From Fidelibacterota bacterium (GTDB taxonomy: Bacteria; Fidelibacterota; UBA8477; JABMPR01): 64,000 nucleotides of DNA. Both the position numbers and the translations under genes were made by a program. Under the pieces are notes generated by a model. The model was not told the origin of the DNA and did not search any database. It saw only the letters and a program-made list of their open reading frames with translations. Positions within the stretch are counted from its first letter, which is position 1. Every line of letters starts with the position of its first letter. Location: positions 6,928 through 70,927 of the forward strand of contig JABMQQ010000241.1 in NCBI GenBank assembly GCA_013202495.1, in the 5' to 3' direction. Below, one piece after another: positions 39,964-50,641 of the stretch.

Positions 39964-40322
39964 TTATTATTCCTTCATCGTGGATATAGATCATTGATCT
40001 TTCGTCACACAAATTGAACCACTATCGGTTCGAAGCTTGTGACAACTTAGCTTCAAATGACATGCCATTCCCTTATCTATCTGTTACTACTCTATTTATA
40101 GTGATTTTAAAACAATGTGGATTTAAATCAGTGTCACTAAAATGAGACTATTGATTTGGGCGTGTATCGTTTTTATTACTCTCTTTTTAAGAGATATCTA
40201 AGCGAATAAGTCCAATAAATGACAATTTATGTTAACCATTTTATGTAGTTTTGTGGTTCTTTAAGTCTGCTTATCTAGCTATCATTTTATTAGACCAATA
40301 AGGTCCTTTTTGTTGATTAAGT

Positions 40323-40694
40323 CTATATATACTTGGCAATTATATCAAGTAAAACTCGACTCATGATAGGTTTGGTAAGAAACTCCGCTGCCCCCGCTTC
40401 CAGCGCCTCTACTTGATTTTGTGGAAAGACATGTGCAGTCAGGGCTATAGCTACAGGATCACCTTCAGGGTATTCCTGCCGCAGAAATTTTATGAGATCC
40501 AGTCCATTTTCACCACCGGGCAGGGAGAAGTCTATGAGAGCAATTCCAAAGCTTTCTTCCTCAAGAGCCTTTTTTGCCTCAGTAATGGTGGACACCATTC
40601 TTATTTCATACTTCTCCGAGAATATGAATGAATAGTATTGCTGGGACGAGATATCATCCTCAACAATTAGGATTTTTTTACTTTTTTCAGACAT
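40323..40694 (-). CDS. Response-regulator receiver domain protein; overlaps the upstream kinase gene by 8 nt.
   Basis: REC fold: KILIVEDDISSQ...IALIDFSLPGGENG...K. 123 aa. Confidence 0.7.
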   Translation of the reverse strand: MSEKSKKILIVEDDISSQQYYSFIFSEKYEIRMVSTITEAKKALEEESFGIALIDFSLPGGENGLDLIKFLRQEYPEGDPVAIALTAHVFPQNQVEALEAGAAEFLTKPIMSRVLLDIIAKYI

Positions 40695-43335
40695 GAGGTG
40701 TTCCCTTCTGTGGCGGGAATATCAGCGTAAATGTCGTCCCAACACCACCCTCACTTTTTAGTTTTATTTCGACATGGTTCAGATCTGCAAAACGTTTGGT
40801 CAAAGCCATTCCCAGACCTACTCCCTGGAAAATTTTTGTAAAGCCTTCACTCTCCTGAGTATAGGGTTCAAATATGCGTTCTTGATAGTCTTCTGAAATA
40901 CCAATACCAGAATCAGTCACTGAAAGTGCTATTTGATCCTGCCTCTGGGTGATATCAATCTCAATGCTTCCTTCGGGTGTAAACTTGATCGCATTTTCAA
41001 TAAGATTAGTGAGGACTTGATGAATACAATATTCATCTGCAAACACTTTTGCTTCTTTAAACGCAGTGCTTAAGTGAATTTTTAAACCCTTTTCTTCAGC
41101 AATTGGTCGTAGCTCTTCGATAACAAAAATAGCTATCGAAACTAAATCAATGGTTTTGGGGTAAACTTTTATCGTTCCCGCTTCAAGTTGAGAGATGTTT
41201 AATATGGAATCCACCGTGCGCATAAGTCGCTTGCTGGCGCTATTAATATAGTCAAAAATATTCTCGTCTCTCTTTTGTAGAGAATCACTGTACCTCATGT
41301 TTAAGATGTCAGAGAAACCAAGAATGCTATTCAAGGGGGTCCGAATTTCATGCGAAATATTGGCAATAAATTGATCTTTTACCTCGTTTGCAGTACGTGC
41401 ATCCACAAGTGCCTTTTCACGTTCTTCATCTGCCAATTTTCGTTCGGTAATATCCTGAATCATGCCAATCATTTTAATGGGATTACCTTCAGTGTTAAAA
41501 ATAAACTCCCCGATACCGTGAACCCAACGCTCCGAATTATCGCTATTGCGCACAATGCGATACTCTGTATCAAAATGGGAGCGTTTTTCGCTCACACACG
41601 TTTGGAAGTAATCACGCGTTTCGTCCAGATCTTCGGGGTAAATCAGATTCAACCATCCCTCAATATTACAGACGTAGTCCTCATCAATTCCAAATATATC
41701 TGACAAAACCGGTGAACTGATCCACATGCCGGTTGTTATATCCAGGGAATATGGTCCCATTTTAGCCAGTCTTTGTGCTTCTTGAAGTTGAGTTGAACTT
41801 GAATGGAGTGATTCCTCCATTTGCTTTCGAGAAGTGATATCCCGACCTACCGCCTGTATTTCCTTGAGGATGCCGTTTTCATCAAAAATGCCCCGGTCAA
41901 TCCACAGATGCCAAACCTTCTCTCCAGAGGGAGTTATTGAAATGTGTTCATCAGTGATAATGGGATTTCCCAGGCTGAGTGCCTCAATTTTCCTGGTAAT
42001 TCTCTCAACCTCAGAATCAAGATTTTTATGCGTAATGTTTTTGCCAACTGCCTGTTCAGGGGTGGTATTAAATGCGCGACAAAAGCTATCATTGACAAAA
42101 GTGATTGAGCCGTCAGGGAGGTAGCGCATGATATATTCAGTTTGATCCTGTACAACGCTGCGATAGTGCTCTTCGCTCAATTTTAGAGCTTCTTCAGCCT
42201 GTTTCCTCTCGGTAATATCTATACCGACACTAAGTACACCTTGTGCCTCACCAGAGCTCGCAAGTATCACATTATTGCTCCAGCTGATTAACCGCTCCTC
42301 GCCCCCTTTTAGACGAATGTGATTCTCATTTTGTGATGATTCTGGCATTTGCTTTAGAACATCTGAAAAGAGTAACGGCATGGCTTTCATATCACGCTTG
42401 GGGATAAAAAGTTCGAACCAGTTTTTACCAATCACCTCGGCTTTACTATATCCGGTTAACTTCTCAGCATATTTGTTGAAGGTGGTGACTCTCGCTTCAG
42501 CGTTAAAAGCTACCACCACAGCGTTGGCTGTCTCCATGATATTTTCAGCAAATTCCTTCGAGCTTTTTAGTTCATCGCTGGTGGTTTTTCGCTTAGTAAT
42601 ATCATGATAATAAACCATGACAGCCAGTTGATTACCGAATTCGATGGGAATAGGCGAGGCTAATACGGTTCTCTCATCATTGTTTTTTAAAACTAGGCGA
42701 ATCTCGGTAGGTGGTAAGGGTTCCCTTTTCTTGATGAGCTGTTGCATGCGCTGCCTGGCCATTTCTCTGTCATCAGGATGTAAGAGAGCAAAAGGATGCT
42801 GGCCGATCATCTGCTCTTTATGAGTTAGAGATAATGCCGATAACGTGGCTTTGTTAAGGTCTAGAATAGTTTTGCCATCATGAATTACGATGGGATCAGG
42901 AGCAGAATCAAAAAGAGTGCGATACTTTTTCTCACTGAGCATGTAATTACCCTCAGCTTCAAACTGTGGAGTAATATCACTCATAATCCCCAGAATATAG
43001 GTTTGGTCACCATATTTAATAGAGCTGCCCTTAACCTGTGCATATATTCGTGTACCATCCTTTCTAAGAATTTCTATACGTTGTTCACCACTGTTTCCCT
43101 CAACCAGTTTTGGAAACAATTTGAGTGATCTATCTGGCGGGACCAAATCGATAATATTCATTGAAAGTAGTTCAGACTCAGAATAACCGGTCAACTCGCA
43201 GAATGCTTGATTCACACCAACATAACGACCGCTAGGGTCCAGGAGGGAGAAACCTTCAGTAGATTGGTCAAGCACTGCCTTGTGAATGGAAAATTCCTGC
43301 TCGTGAAATAAATTTTTCTCTGAAGCCGATTTCAT
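40687..43335 (-). CDS. Multi-PAS sensor histidine kinase (4-5 PAS/PAC modules + HisKA + HATPase).
   Basis: Repeated PAS/PAC segments. H-box ISHEIRTPLNSILGFSDIL. HATPase motifs HQVLTNLIENAIKFT, DSGIGI and GVGLGMALTKRF. Confidence 0.8.
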   Translation of the reverse strand: MKSASEKNLFHEQEFSIHKAVLDQSTEGFSLLDPSGRYVGVNQAFCELTGYSESELLSMNIIDLVPPDRSLKLFPKLVEGNSGEQRIEILRKDGTRIYAQVKGSSIKYGDQTYILGIMSDITPQFEAEGNYMLSEKKYRTLFDSAPDPIVIHDGKTILDLNKATLSALSLTHKEQMIGQHPFALLHPDDREMARQRMQQLIKKREPLPPTEIRLVLKNNDERTVLASPIPIEFGNQLAVMVYYHDITKRKTTSDELKSSKEFAENIMETANAVVVAFNAEARVTTFNKYAEKLTGYSKAEVIGKNWFELFIPKRDMKAMPLLFSDVLKQMPESSQNENHIRLKGGEERLISWSNNVILASSGEAQGVLSVGIDITERKQAEEALKLSEEHYRSVVQDQTEYIMRYLPDGSITFVNDSFCRAFNTTPEQAVGKNITHKNLDSEVERITRKIEALSLGNPIITDEHISITPSGEKVWHLWIDRGIFDENGILKEIQAVGRDITSRKQMEESLHSSSTQLQEAQRLAKMGPYSLDITTGMWISSPVLSDIFGIDEDYVCNIEGWLNLIYPEDLDETRDYFQTCVSEKRSHFDTEYRIVRNSDNSERWVHGIGEFIFNTEGNPIKMIGMIQDITERKLADEEREKALVDARTANEVKDQFIANISHEIRTPLNSILGFSDILNMRYSDSLQKRDENIFDYINSASKRLMRTVDSILNISQLEAGTIKVYPKTIDLVSIAIFVIEELRPIAEEKGLKIHLSTAFKEAKVFADEYCIHQVLTNLIENAIKFTPEGSIEIDITQRQDQIALSVTDSGIGISEDYQERIFEPYTQESEGFTKIFQGVGLGMALTKRFADLNHVEIKLKSEGGVGTTFTLIFPPQKGTPHV

Positions 43336-43651
43336 ATAATTGCTCTATCCCTCACTGATGTTCTGTTATGAGGAATTCTTGAGTTGAAGGTTGACCAGAG
43401 CAAAGGGAGCGTTTGAATGTGTCAAGCAGCAGGTGTTCAAAACATTTCTCCAGGACCTGTTCAGAAATAAAGTGATTTTGCCAGACGTCCGGAAGAGGGA
43501 AGAAATATTTTCTCCGATCTGCCCCTAAACAGTTAATCACATTATAATTGTACATTATGGCCAGAATATATGATTAAACAACTTGCAATTATAGTTTTTA
43601 TTCATGAATAAAAATACTCTGCACTGAGGATAGAATGTTTGATATAACTCA

Positions 43652-44023
43652 CTATTGGCCTACTAACCACTGCAGGGCAACTTCACGGGATGAAAAAACT
43701 TCAAATTTATACTTATTTGTTTTCGCCAGCTCCTGATACAACATGGTGATAGCTGTTACCCTGGGACTTTCCACCACGATGGCATTATGAATGAATGTAT
43801 ATCGCTCAAGCGACTTGTAATTCTCCTCCACGATCAAATTCAAATCAGTAGGGGAGAAATTCATTTCTGCATGTTTTAGGTCCGTTAAGATCTTTAGCTT
43901 GCGAGGATATTCTGAGTTGTTTTTGGTGGCTCTGATATATTCCACTATTTCAACTATAGTGACATTACCATCAAATGTTGAATGGAGTATACCAGTATGA
44001 TGATCAAATGAGGTCTTGACCAT
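43652..44023 (-). CDS. Hypothetical small protein, possibly STAS/SpoIIAA-like.
   Basis: 123-aa ORF with balanced composition. No strong motif. The STAS-like call rests only on size and alternating beta/alpha pattern. Confidence 0.3.
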   Translation of the reverse strand: MVKTSFDHHTGILHSTFDGNVTIVEIVEYIRATKNNSEYPRKLKILTDLKHAEMNFSPTDLNLIVEENYKSLERYTFIHNAIVVESPRVTAITMLYQELAKTNKYKFEVFSSREVALQWLVGQ

Positions 44024-44133
44024 GATTTCCTTCAGCCCCCTTGTAAAAGTATACTATACAGAATCAATTCACCGCCTCAAGACTAAACTACCAGATATTT
44101 AGAATTTGAGATATATGAGAACACATCCATATT

Positions 44134-44448
44134 GTGTCGAGTCGTTTTTGCATGTGGGATCAAGAATCTAGAAGGGTAATCGCTATGAGCTTATTGGATC
44201 TGTTTGGCTTTTCAGGAATGATTTTATTGCTCTCTGCTTTCCTGCTAAATCAAATTAATTATTTTGCAAATGATTCAGTATCATACCACGTTTTCAATTT
44301 ACTAGGTGCATACATATTGACTTACTATGCTATTGTTCTTGGTAACACTCCCTTCATCATCCTGGAATTTGTCTGGGGCTCCTTCTCTTTGTATAAACTG
44401 CTCTCCAGGAGAATCAGACCTGGTTCGGAAGAACTGCAGGATATCTAG
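44134..44448 (+). CDS. Small membrane protein (CBU_0592-like, two to three TM). The true start is possibly Met at 44185.
   Basis: Sequence LLDLFGFSGMILLLSAFLLNQ...FNLLGAYILTYYAIVLGNTPFIILEFVWG resembles small CBU_0592-family membrane proteins. Confidence 0.35.
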   Translation: MSSRFCMWDQESRRVIAMSLLDLFGFSGMILLLSAFLLNQINYFANDSVSYHVFNLLGAYILTYYAIVLGNTPFIILEFVWGSFSLYKLLSRRIRPGSEELQDI

Positions 44449-44530
44449 CTAGACAGTATTTAGAAATGCAGGCCCTGAACCAACCCTCCTGGCAAAGTTA
44501 AACCACTAGCTTATTTTGATGCAGGGGCTA

Positions 44531-46366
44531 TTAGTAGATCACCCCTAATTGTTTTAACATCAGGATGGCATTTGAGCTTACTGGGTCTAGCTCAAGTACT
44601 TTTTTGTAGTAGATAATTGCTAATTCATTCTGCCCACTCTTCATATAGGCTTCAGCGAGACTGTCATAACAATTTGCCGATTCAGGATAAAATTCAACGT
44701 TTAAAAGAAAGACTGCAATGGCCCTCTCAAAGAGCTGCTGACCTAAATACCAATATCCGAGCCGATTCAATCGATTCTCTGAGATCGAAAGGTCCTGGGG
44801 AGCTGTAACCCAAATGTTTCGGTAGGACAAAACTGCTTGTTCAATGCCACCCTCTTTCATTAATTCTGAGGGTAATTTTTCATCTGACAGCATTTTATTA
44901 TAGATACGAGCATCCTGCATAAATCGACCGAGATTATCAGCAAAGTAGTGTTCAACGGTCACAGCATTAGTTTCCGAATCCATCATAAATTTGAGATGAC
45001 CATCTCTAAATTTGGTGACAAACTGGTTATCCTCAACTGGATAGAGCCTGGCATTATCAAATTTGTCAATAAACAGACTTGATCCCTCGTGCCTTATTTG
45101 AAAGCTTTCATCAAATCCATCGGTATATCGTCCCGAGTAAAATTTGGCCATCTCCTGATCCAGTGGCAATAGCGTATGTGTTGGCGGAAGATAGTTTTCC
45201 CAGGAGTAAGCAGTTGCAATACTGCGCATGATCTCCCTGATCAAAGCCGAACCCTTCAGTGAATTTGTGAAAATGACAGCCCCATGGCCATCCGTCATAT
45301 GAGCAATATATCCAGCGAAAAATCCACGATTGTCTCCCATGTGCCCGAAGTAATGTTGTTCACCCCCCATATCCCTCAGAAAAACCCCCAGGCCATAATT
45401 TCTGGCAGCATGTGGTGAAATCATTTGCTGGGCTAAATCAGAAGAAAGAACCTCTGATGGTTGATTCACTGCAGCTTTCTGGATCTCGATGACATATCTG
45501 GCATAGTCACTGGGAGTGGACCATAGACCGCCAGCAGCCATGTTGGGATAGAGGTAACGTTTATTGGGTAAAGTCTCGGAATTGCCTAGATGTCCTGCAG
45601 AGGCATGGCTTAGCAACACTTCTGGAACGGGCTGTTCGAAAGTAGTCATCTCCATCTTTAGCGGCTTAAATATCCTTTGGTCTGCCAAGGATGGGAATGG
45701 TTGCCCGCTAACATCGATGCATACCTGTTGAAGAATAGCGAATCCAGGATTTGAGTATTGAAAAACAGTACCCGGTATTTTATCAACGATTGTTTGTTTT
45801 TCTTTGGCTGGAGGTTCTCCATTGAGCATCTGAAGCAGGGAGGGAAGATTATCGGGTAAATATGAGATACTTGGACTGAACATCACACCGCTACTATGGT
45901 TCAGCAGCAGCAGGGGTGTTACAATGCCTTGGTTCAGGAAGTCATTCTCAGGTAATTGCCAGGAAGTCAATTGTTTGTTGACATCCCTATACATATCCAG
46001 ACTACCATCAGCCACCAATGTTAGAGCAGTAATTGAAGCAACCCCCTTGCTGAGCGATCCAACGTTAAATATGCTTTCTACTGTTACAGGCTGTTGTGTT
46101 TCCGCATCCAGTACTCCATAACCTTTACTCCAAAGGATTTTATAATCCTTGATCACAGCAACACTTACACCTGGAACCTGATAGTCCTCCATGCGTTCCT
46201 CAAGATTAAAGGAAGGCTCCCCTTCGATGAGTACTGCTGGGAGCAACCCATTCTCGACTTGTTGTATCTTGAACTCTGATGGATCTGTCCGACTATCTTT
46301 TGAAACGGTACAGCTGCTGAGCACCAATAGAGCTATTGGCAAACAATACAATTTTTTAATGAACAT
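44531..46366 (-). CDS. Lipoprotein serine hydrolase of the beta-lactamase/PBP-like fold fused to C-terminal TPR repeats.
   Basis: Lipobox LLVLSSC. S-x-x-K active-site motif FNVGSLSKGV. C-terminal TPR-like helices (YDSLAEAYMKSGQNELAIIYYKKVLELDP). Confidence 0.7.
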   Translation of the reverse strand: MFIKKLYCLPIALLVLSSCTVSKDSRTDPSEFKIQQVENGLLPAVLIEGEPSFNLEERMEDYQVPGVSVAVIKDYKILWSKGYGVLDAETQQPVTVESIFNVGSLSKGVASITALTLVADGSLDMYRDVNKQLTSWQLPENDFLNQGIVTPLLLLNHSSGVMFSPSISYLPDNLPSLLQMLNGEPPAKEKQTIVDKIPGTVFQYSNPGFAILQQVCIDVSGQPFPSLADQRIFKPLKMEMTTFEQPVPEVLLSHASAGHLGNSETLPNKRYLYPNMAAGGLWSTPSDYARYVIEIQKAAVNQPSEVLSSDLAQQMISPHAARNYGLGVFLRDMGGEQHYFGHMGDNRGFFAGYIAHMTDGHGAVIFTNSLKGSALIREIMRSIATAYSWENYLPPTHTLLPLDQEMAKFYSGRYTDGFDESFQIRHEGSSLFIDKFDNARLYPVEDNQFVTKFRDGHLKFMMDSETNAVTVEHYFADNLGRFMQDARIYNKMLSDEKLPSELMKEGGIEQAVLSYRNIWVTAPQDLSISENRLNRLGYWYLGQQLFERAIAVFLLNVEFYPESANCYDSLAEAYMKSGQNELAIIYYKKVLELDPVSSNAILMLKQLGVIY

Positions 46367-46509
46367 GAAGTTCCCCCTTTATGGTCAGTAGCTAACAGAT
46401 GGCAATTATTGCGCCAAAAGTATTATAGCAATCTGGTTGGAAATTGTCTTTTCAGGGGAGCGGTCACCAAAAAAGTCACCATTTTGAAAATGTTTCGATC
46501 GTAGAAATG

Positions 46510-46543
46510 AAAAGCCCCCGATTTTTTAGGTCAGGGGCTTTTA
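46510..46543 (-). terminator. Rho-independent terminator hairpin downstream of the subtilase gene; possibly bidirectional.
   Basis: Sequence AAAAGCCCC-cgattttttaggtca-GGGGCTTTT has a 9-bp GC-rich stem with a flanking A-tract and T-tract. It lies 20 nt past the protease stop. Confidence 0.6.
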
Positions 46544-46563
46544 TTTAACTATGTAAGTAAAAC

Positions 46564-49500
46564 TTACTTAAGATAAAGCATCTTGATCACTTTAGAATAT
46601 TCTCCTGCTTGAATTCGAGCAAGATAGACTCCTGTGCCCAGAGGATTTCCTTTGAGATCAGTTGCCCGCCAATCAATATCATAATAACCGGCAGCTTGTT
46701 GTGTATTCACCAGGGTGTTGACCATGCGTCCACGAACATCAAATATCTGGATGTGTACGCTGGTTTCCGCTGGCAATGCGTAACTGATAGTTGTTGAGGG
46801 ATTGAATGGGTTGGGGTAATTCTGATTGAGGGCGAATTCCTGTGGCAACACACTGACAGGTTCATTCACACCGAGGTAATCATGGGTGTAAAGTGATATG
46901 TCATCAATGAAGAGACCCATTCCAGCCACACTTTCGTTTGAAACGAAATGGAAGCGGAACCATAATTCCTCGTTTCCTGCAGTTACATAACTTGATAAGT
47001 CAACAGCATGCTCAGCCCAGTTTGTAGCCGCACCACTATGACTACGGAGCACATCCCAATTCACTTGATCCGTGCTGACTTCCAGGGTCATAACGTCAAC
47101 ACCTGCTTCGGTCTGACTTATTGTGTTGTACACGAGGGCCAGATTTTCTATCTGAGTAAGGTCAATAGGAGCGATATAGGCAAGCTTATTGTCCAGGTTG
47201 GGACTATAAGGAGTTTGACCATTATCGACATGCACGGCATAGATATCCCCGATTCCAACTATACCTACAGCGACACCCCAACCACCCATATCCCAGGCTT
47301 CAGTTGCTTCAGCCCAGGCTTCGATTTTATTCTCAACCTGCAATTCAGCTGTCAGTGAATCATTGTAGCTATTGTAATCATCAGCAACATTTGAAACGAA
47401 GATTTCTAATCCCAGAGTCTCTCCCCTGAGTGGTAGATATGGTGCAAAGCTGAAATGGTTGAATACTCCCGGATGAAGCGAGTCAACGGTGAGGGTGTTC
47501 GTATATACCACACCATCGGTATTTGACAAATTCATGGTGATATCAAAATTATACTCTGTATGGCTTCCTGTATTACCAACGAGGACAGTAATTGAATCCT
47601 CAGTAAGTATTACAAAATCACCATTGCTAATACCGAACTGATCCAAAGATATATCGTGCTCGGGAGCACTCAATGACAAGCTGACATCAACCTCACCCAG
47701 GATAAAGCTTTCATACAGTACATAAGCAGTAGTGGTATGAAACCCTGGTTGCAGTTCTGTTGTATTTGTTACAATCTCCAGCTCAAAATCACCATTTCCT
47801 GGCACAGAATTATCAGCATTTGGGAATTCCAGCCATGGTGTGTCAATGGTGTTAGATGGGAATCCATCAACACTAATTCCACCACCAAATACACCGGAGT
47901 TCTCAAATAATACCAGTGCATCATCACTAACCATAATATCATCTACAAAAATACCGATGTCGGTTGCTGCTCCATCAGATGCAAATCCAAACCTGACAAC
48001 GACATTGTCAGAGATATATGAACTAAGATCAAAAGTTGCTTCCACATATCCATTATTGTCACCTGCCCAACCCGGGACTATTCCCATCCCCCAAATAGCA
48101 CCCCAAGAATAAAGGGCAGTGGAGGTGTAAGCCGGGCTAATGGGTTCAATCACCTCAAAGGAATCTCCACCATCAGTGGATATCCAGACGTTGGCACCAT
48201 CCCAACCGTCGAAAGGTGCTTCTGCACCGGCAGGATCTTCGATGTACCAATCCACCATAAAACTCAATTGAGGATTGGTGGTAGTGCTCAGATCTAACTC
48301 AGGAAGATCCATATATTGAATGGTTTCATTTGGGTAACCCCCAATACCAGGATTTCCACACCACCAGGACAACCCATCATAAGCATTGTTATTATCTACA
48401 TGCCACAGTACAGAATAAGGATCTATGCCCCAGGAAGCCGCACTGATGGGGACTGGAGTTGAGGTTGAGTTACTAATTGTAACTGTACTGGTATGGATAT
48501 CACCAAAAGTTAGATCCAGATCTAAGAATGATTCACTCAGGGAAGTTGTATTCACTAATAAATCAAGACGGATCGAGTCACCTGTAACCACTTCTGCTGT
48601 CTGGGGATCTATAATCAACCATATTGGCGCCGCATCTGTGTTAGCATCTTCGTCGATGCTAATATTGAAGGTTCCAATAGTGGAATAATCATCTGCAAAA
48701 AGTGTATCCATGATACTTGCATTGGTAATAATAATATCAGGGTCATCACTAGCTAGTGTAAAGGTCACAGCAGAGTCTGTCAGCCCATGGGTATAACTAC
48801 GTAGTACAAAGCTAATATCAGTACTCTCGCCAGGCGACATAACGCCATCTTGAGCTGAGGGGTTACTAATTACCACATCATGCAGTTCCAGTTCAAGCAC
48901 ATCAGGTACGGAGGCATTCTCCTCGCTAAGTGCGCGGAAAGCATTCACACGTCCAGAACCCAACCAATCGCTGTAATCCCGGTTTATTCCATCAATGTTA
49001 TCAGCAGTGGCGATAACCTGACTTATAAGCTGATCGTTGGTCCAATCTGGATGATAGGATTTCAACAGACCAAATAGTCCAGCTACCACAGGCCCAGCCA
49101 TTGATGTTCCTGAATAAGCATCATAACCGCTACCATAGGGTACTGTGCTCCACAAACCAGGATTAAAATCACCACCAGGTGCGGCCACATCAACACCCCA
49201 ACCATAGGTTGAATATGAAGCTCTTATGTCTCCACGTCCTACAGATGCCACACTAACACAACCTGGATAACTGGCAGGATAGGCATTATTAAATTGATTA
49301 CCATTTCCTGCAGATGATACAAAAAGTGCTCCTACACCGTTGATATAACGAATGACTTCTTCTGCCCCCTGGGAATAACCGCCACCACCCCAACTGGCAT
49401 TGATGATGTCTGCGCCATTATCAGCTAGATATACCAGACCATCATAGGCACGGTATACGCTGGTACCATTATCACCGACGAAACCGTGTGAGGTACCAAA

Positions 49501-50379
49501 AACTTTCACATTCCAACTAATGGAGGCAATTCCAGTCTCATTATTTGTGACACCGGCAGCCAAACCGGACACATGTGATCCGTGACCGCGATTGGGTGGA
49601 TCGATGGGATCATTGTTCTCGTTACCTGCAGCATCGGCCATCATATTCCAGCCGATAAGATCATCTATATATCCGTTATTATCATCATCGATACCATTGA
49701 GATCATCAGGATCCATGATCCATTCTGTGCCATCGAAGAGAATGGTGATTCCATCTCCATCAGCATCTTCACCGAGACGGTTGTAAATATTGGCACCTAG
49801 ATCAGGGTGTTTCCAGTCAACACCGGTGTCACCAACTCCGATAACTATTTCCTCTAGACCATCCTCACCCTTGTGGATATCCCAGGCCTCTTCAGCCATA
49901 ATCTGAGGCAAATGATATAAATCATTTGAATAGAAGGCATCATTGGGGACGGCTTCCTGATACATGGCTGGTACACGTTCAGCATATTCAATAGAGGTTT
50001 CTTTAGCTAAGATTTGCACCAGAGCATCGGCATTCATTCCTGCAGGAAGATGGAGCGTAAATATTCTCGTTAGATCTGGAAGATCCTTGCGGTCAGGGCG
50101 TTCAATAGGTCTGAACGTACGGGAAATATCATTGATGCCATAGTTTTGTAATTTAGCATCCAGTGAAGGAATGTTAAAACTTTGGATTCTAAGTTGACTT
50201 CTATCCAGGGGCACATCGGGTTTGACTTTCACCCAGATCATTCCGGCTTCCCATAAGGGTCGACCCTGATCATCTAGTTCCACTTTCGGTGCATCTGTGG
50301 CAGCACCCATGGTGAACTGAAAAAGGACTATTATTGTCAGGATTCTAAGTGTTATACTATTCAATGATTTGGGGAACAT
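46564..50379 (-). CDS. Large secreted subtilisin-like serine protease (peptidase S8) with a T9SS C-terminal sorting domain.
   Basis: Start at MFPKSLNSITLRILTIIVLF (signal peptide, ATG 50379). Catalytic triad motifs DTGVDWKHPD, GHGSHVSGLAAG and GTSMAGPVVAG. C-terminus QNYPNPFNPSTTISYAL...KMLYLK. Confidence 0.8.
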   Translation of the reverse strand: MFPKSLNSITLRILTIIVLFQFTMGAATDAPKVELDDQGRPLWEAGMIWVKVKPDVPLDRSQLRIQSFNIPSLDAKLQNYGINDISRTFRPIERPDRKDLPDLTRIFTLHLPAGMNADALVQILAKETSIEYAERVPAMYQEAVPNDAFYSNDLYHLPQIMAEEAWDIHKGEDGLEEIVIGVGDTGVDWKHPDLGANIYNRLGEDADGDGITILFDGTEWIMDPDDLNGIDDDNNGYIDDLIGWNMMADAAGNENNDPIDPPNRGHGSHVSGLAAGVTNNETGIASISWNVKVFGTSHGFVGDNGTSVYRAYDGLVYLADNGADIINASWGGGGYSQGAEEVIRYINGVGALFVSSAGNGNQFNNAYPASYPGCVSVASVGRGDIRASYSTYGWGVDVAAPGGDFNPGLWSTVPYGSGYDAYSGTSMAGPVVAGLFGLLKSYHPDWTNDQLISQVIATADNIDGINRDYSDWLGSGRVNAFRALSEENASVPDVLELELHDVVISNPSAQDGVMSPGESTDISFVLRSYTHGLTDSAVTFTLASDDPDIIITNASIMDTLFADDYSTIGTFNISIDEDANTDAAPIWLIIDPQTAEVVTGDSIRLDLLVNTTSLSESFLDLDLTFGDIHTSTVTISNSTSTPVPISAASWGIDPYSVLWHVDNNNAYDGLSWWCGNPGIGGYPNETIQYMDLPELDLSTTTNPQLSFMVDWYIEDPAGAEAPFDGWDGANVWISTDGGDSFEVIEPISPAYTSTALYSWGAIWGMGIVPGWAGDNNGYVEATFDLSSYISDNVVVRFGFASDGAATDIGIFVDDIMVSDDALVLFENSGVFGGGISVDGFPSNTIDTPWLEFPNADNSVPGNGDFELEIVTNTTELQPGFHTTTAYVLYESFILGEVDVSLSLSAPEHDISLDQFGISNGDFVILTEDSITVLVGNTGSHTEYNFDITMNLSNTDGVVYTNTLTVDSLHPGVFNHFSFAPYLPLRGETLGLEIFVSNVADDYNSYNDSLTAELQVENKIEAWAEATEAWDMGGWGVAVGIVGIGDIYAVHVDNGQTPYSPNLDNKLAYIAPIDLTQIENLALVYNTISQTEAGVDVMTLEVSTDQVNWDVLRSHSGAATNWAEHAVDLSSYVTAGNEELWFRFHFVSNESVAGMGLFIDDISLYTHDYLGVNEPVSVLPQEFALNQNYPNPFNPSTTISYALPAETSVHIQIFDVRGRMVNTLVNTQQAAGYYDIDWRATDLKGNPLGTGVYLARIQAGEYSKVIKMLYLK

Positions 50380-50563
50380 GTGCAAACCTCTCTGTTGATT
50401 AATTTGAATCGCAAAAACTAAAGATGTAGGACTGTTTGTCAAGCATACTTTCAAGAATTTGTCACCGTTACCACATTGTATGGTTTTGTGCATATCGTGT
50501 CTTCATCTGAAAACAACCTATTTTGGATTTTGTACGACTGTAAATAGAATTGAAAATTGAAGT

Positions 50564-50595
50564 AAAAAAGCCCCCGATTTTGGTCAGGGGCTTTT
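50564..50595 (-). terminator. Rho-independent terminator hairpin downstream of the SDR gene; near-identical in sequence to 46510..46543.
   Basis: Sequence AAAAAGCCCCCGATTTTGGTCAGGGGCTTTTG. Same stem as the 46.5-kb copy. Confidence 0.6.
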
Positions 50596-50641
50596 GTATT
50601 CGCCTCGAATTTCTACCAGCTACCTATTTCTAAGAAAGATG

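Noticed and set aside
40000-40060. GGTTCGAAGC flanked by GTCACACAA/TTGTGAC arms, examined as a possible tRNA T-loop/acceptor stem.
   Set aside because: The arms are only about 35 nt apart, with no D-arm or anticodon-arm equivalents. It is a simple hairpin in an AT-rich intergenic region, probably the terminator or leader for the flanking kinase and receiver genes.
43352-43555. A 67-aa ORF in the 316-bp gap between the multi-PAS kinase and the STAS-like gene.
   Set aside because: No ribosome-binding site, and the unremarkable Cys/Phe-rich sequence resembles nothing recognisable. More likely promoter or leader DNA for the kinase gene.
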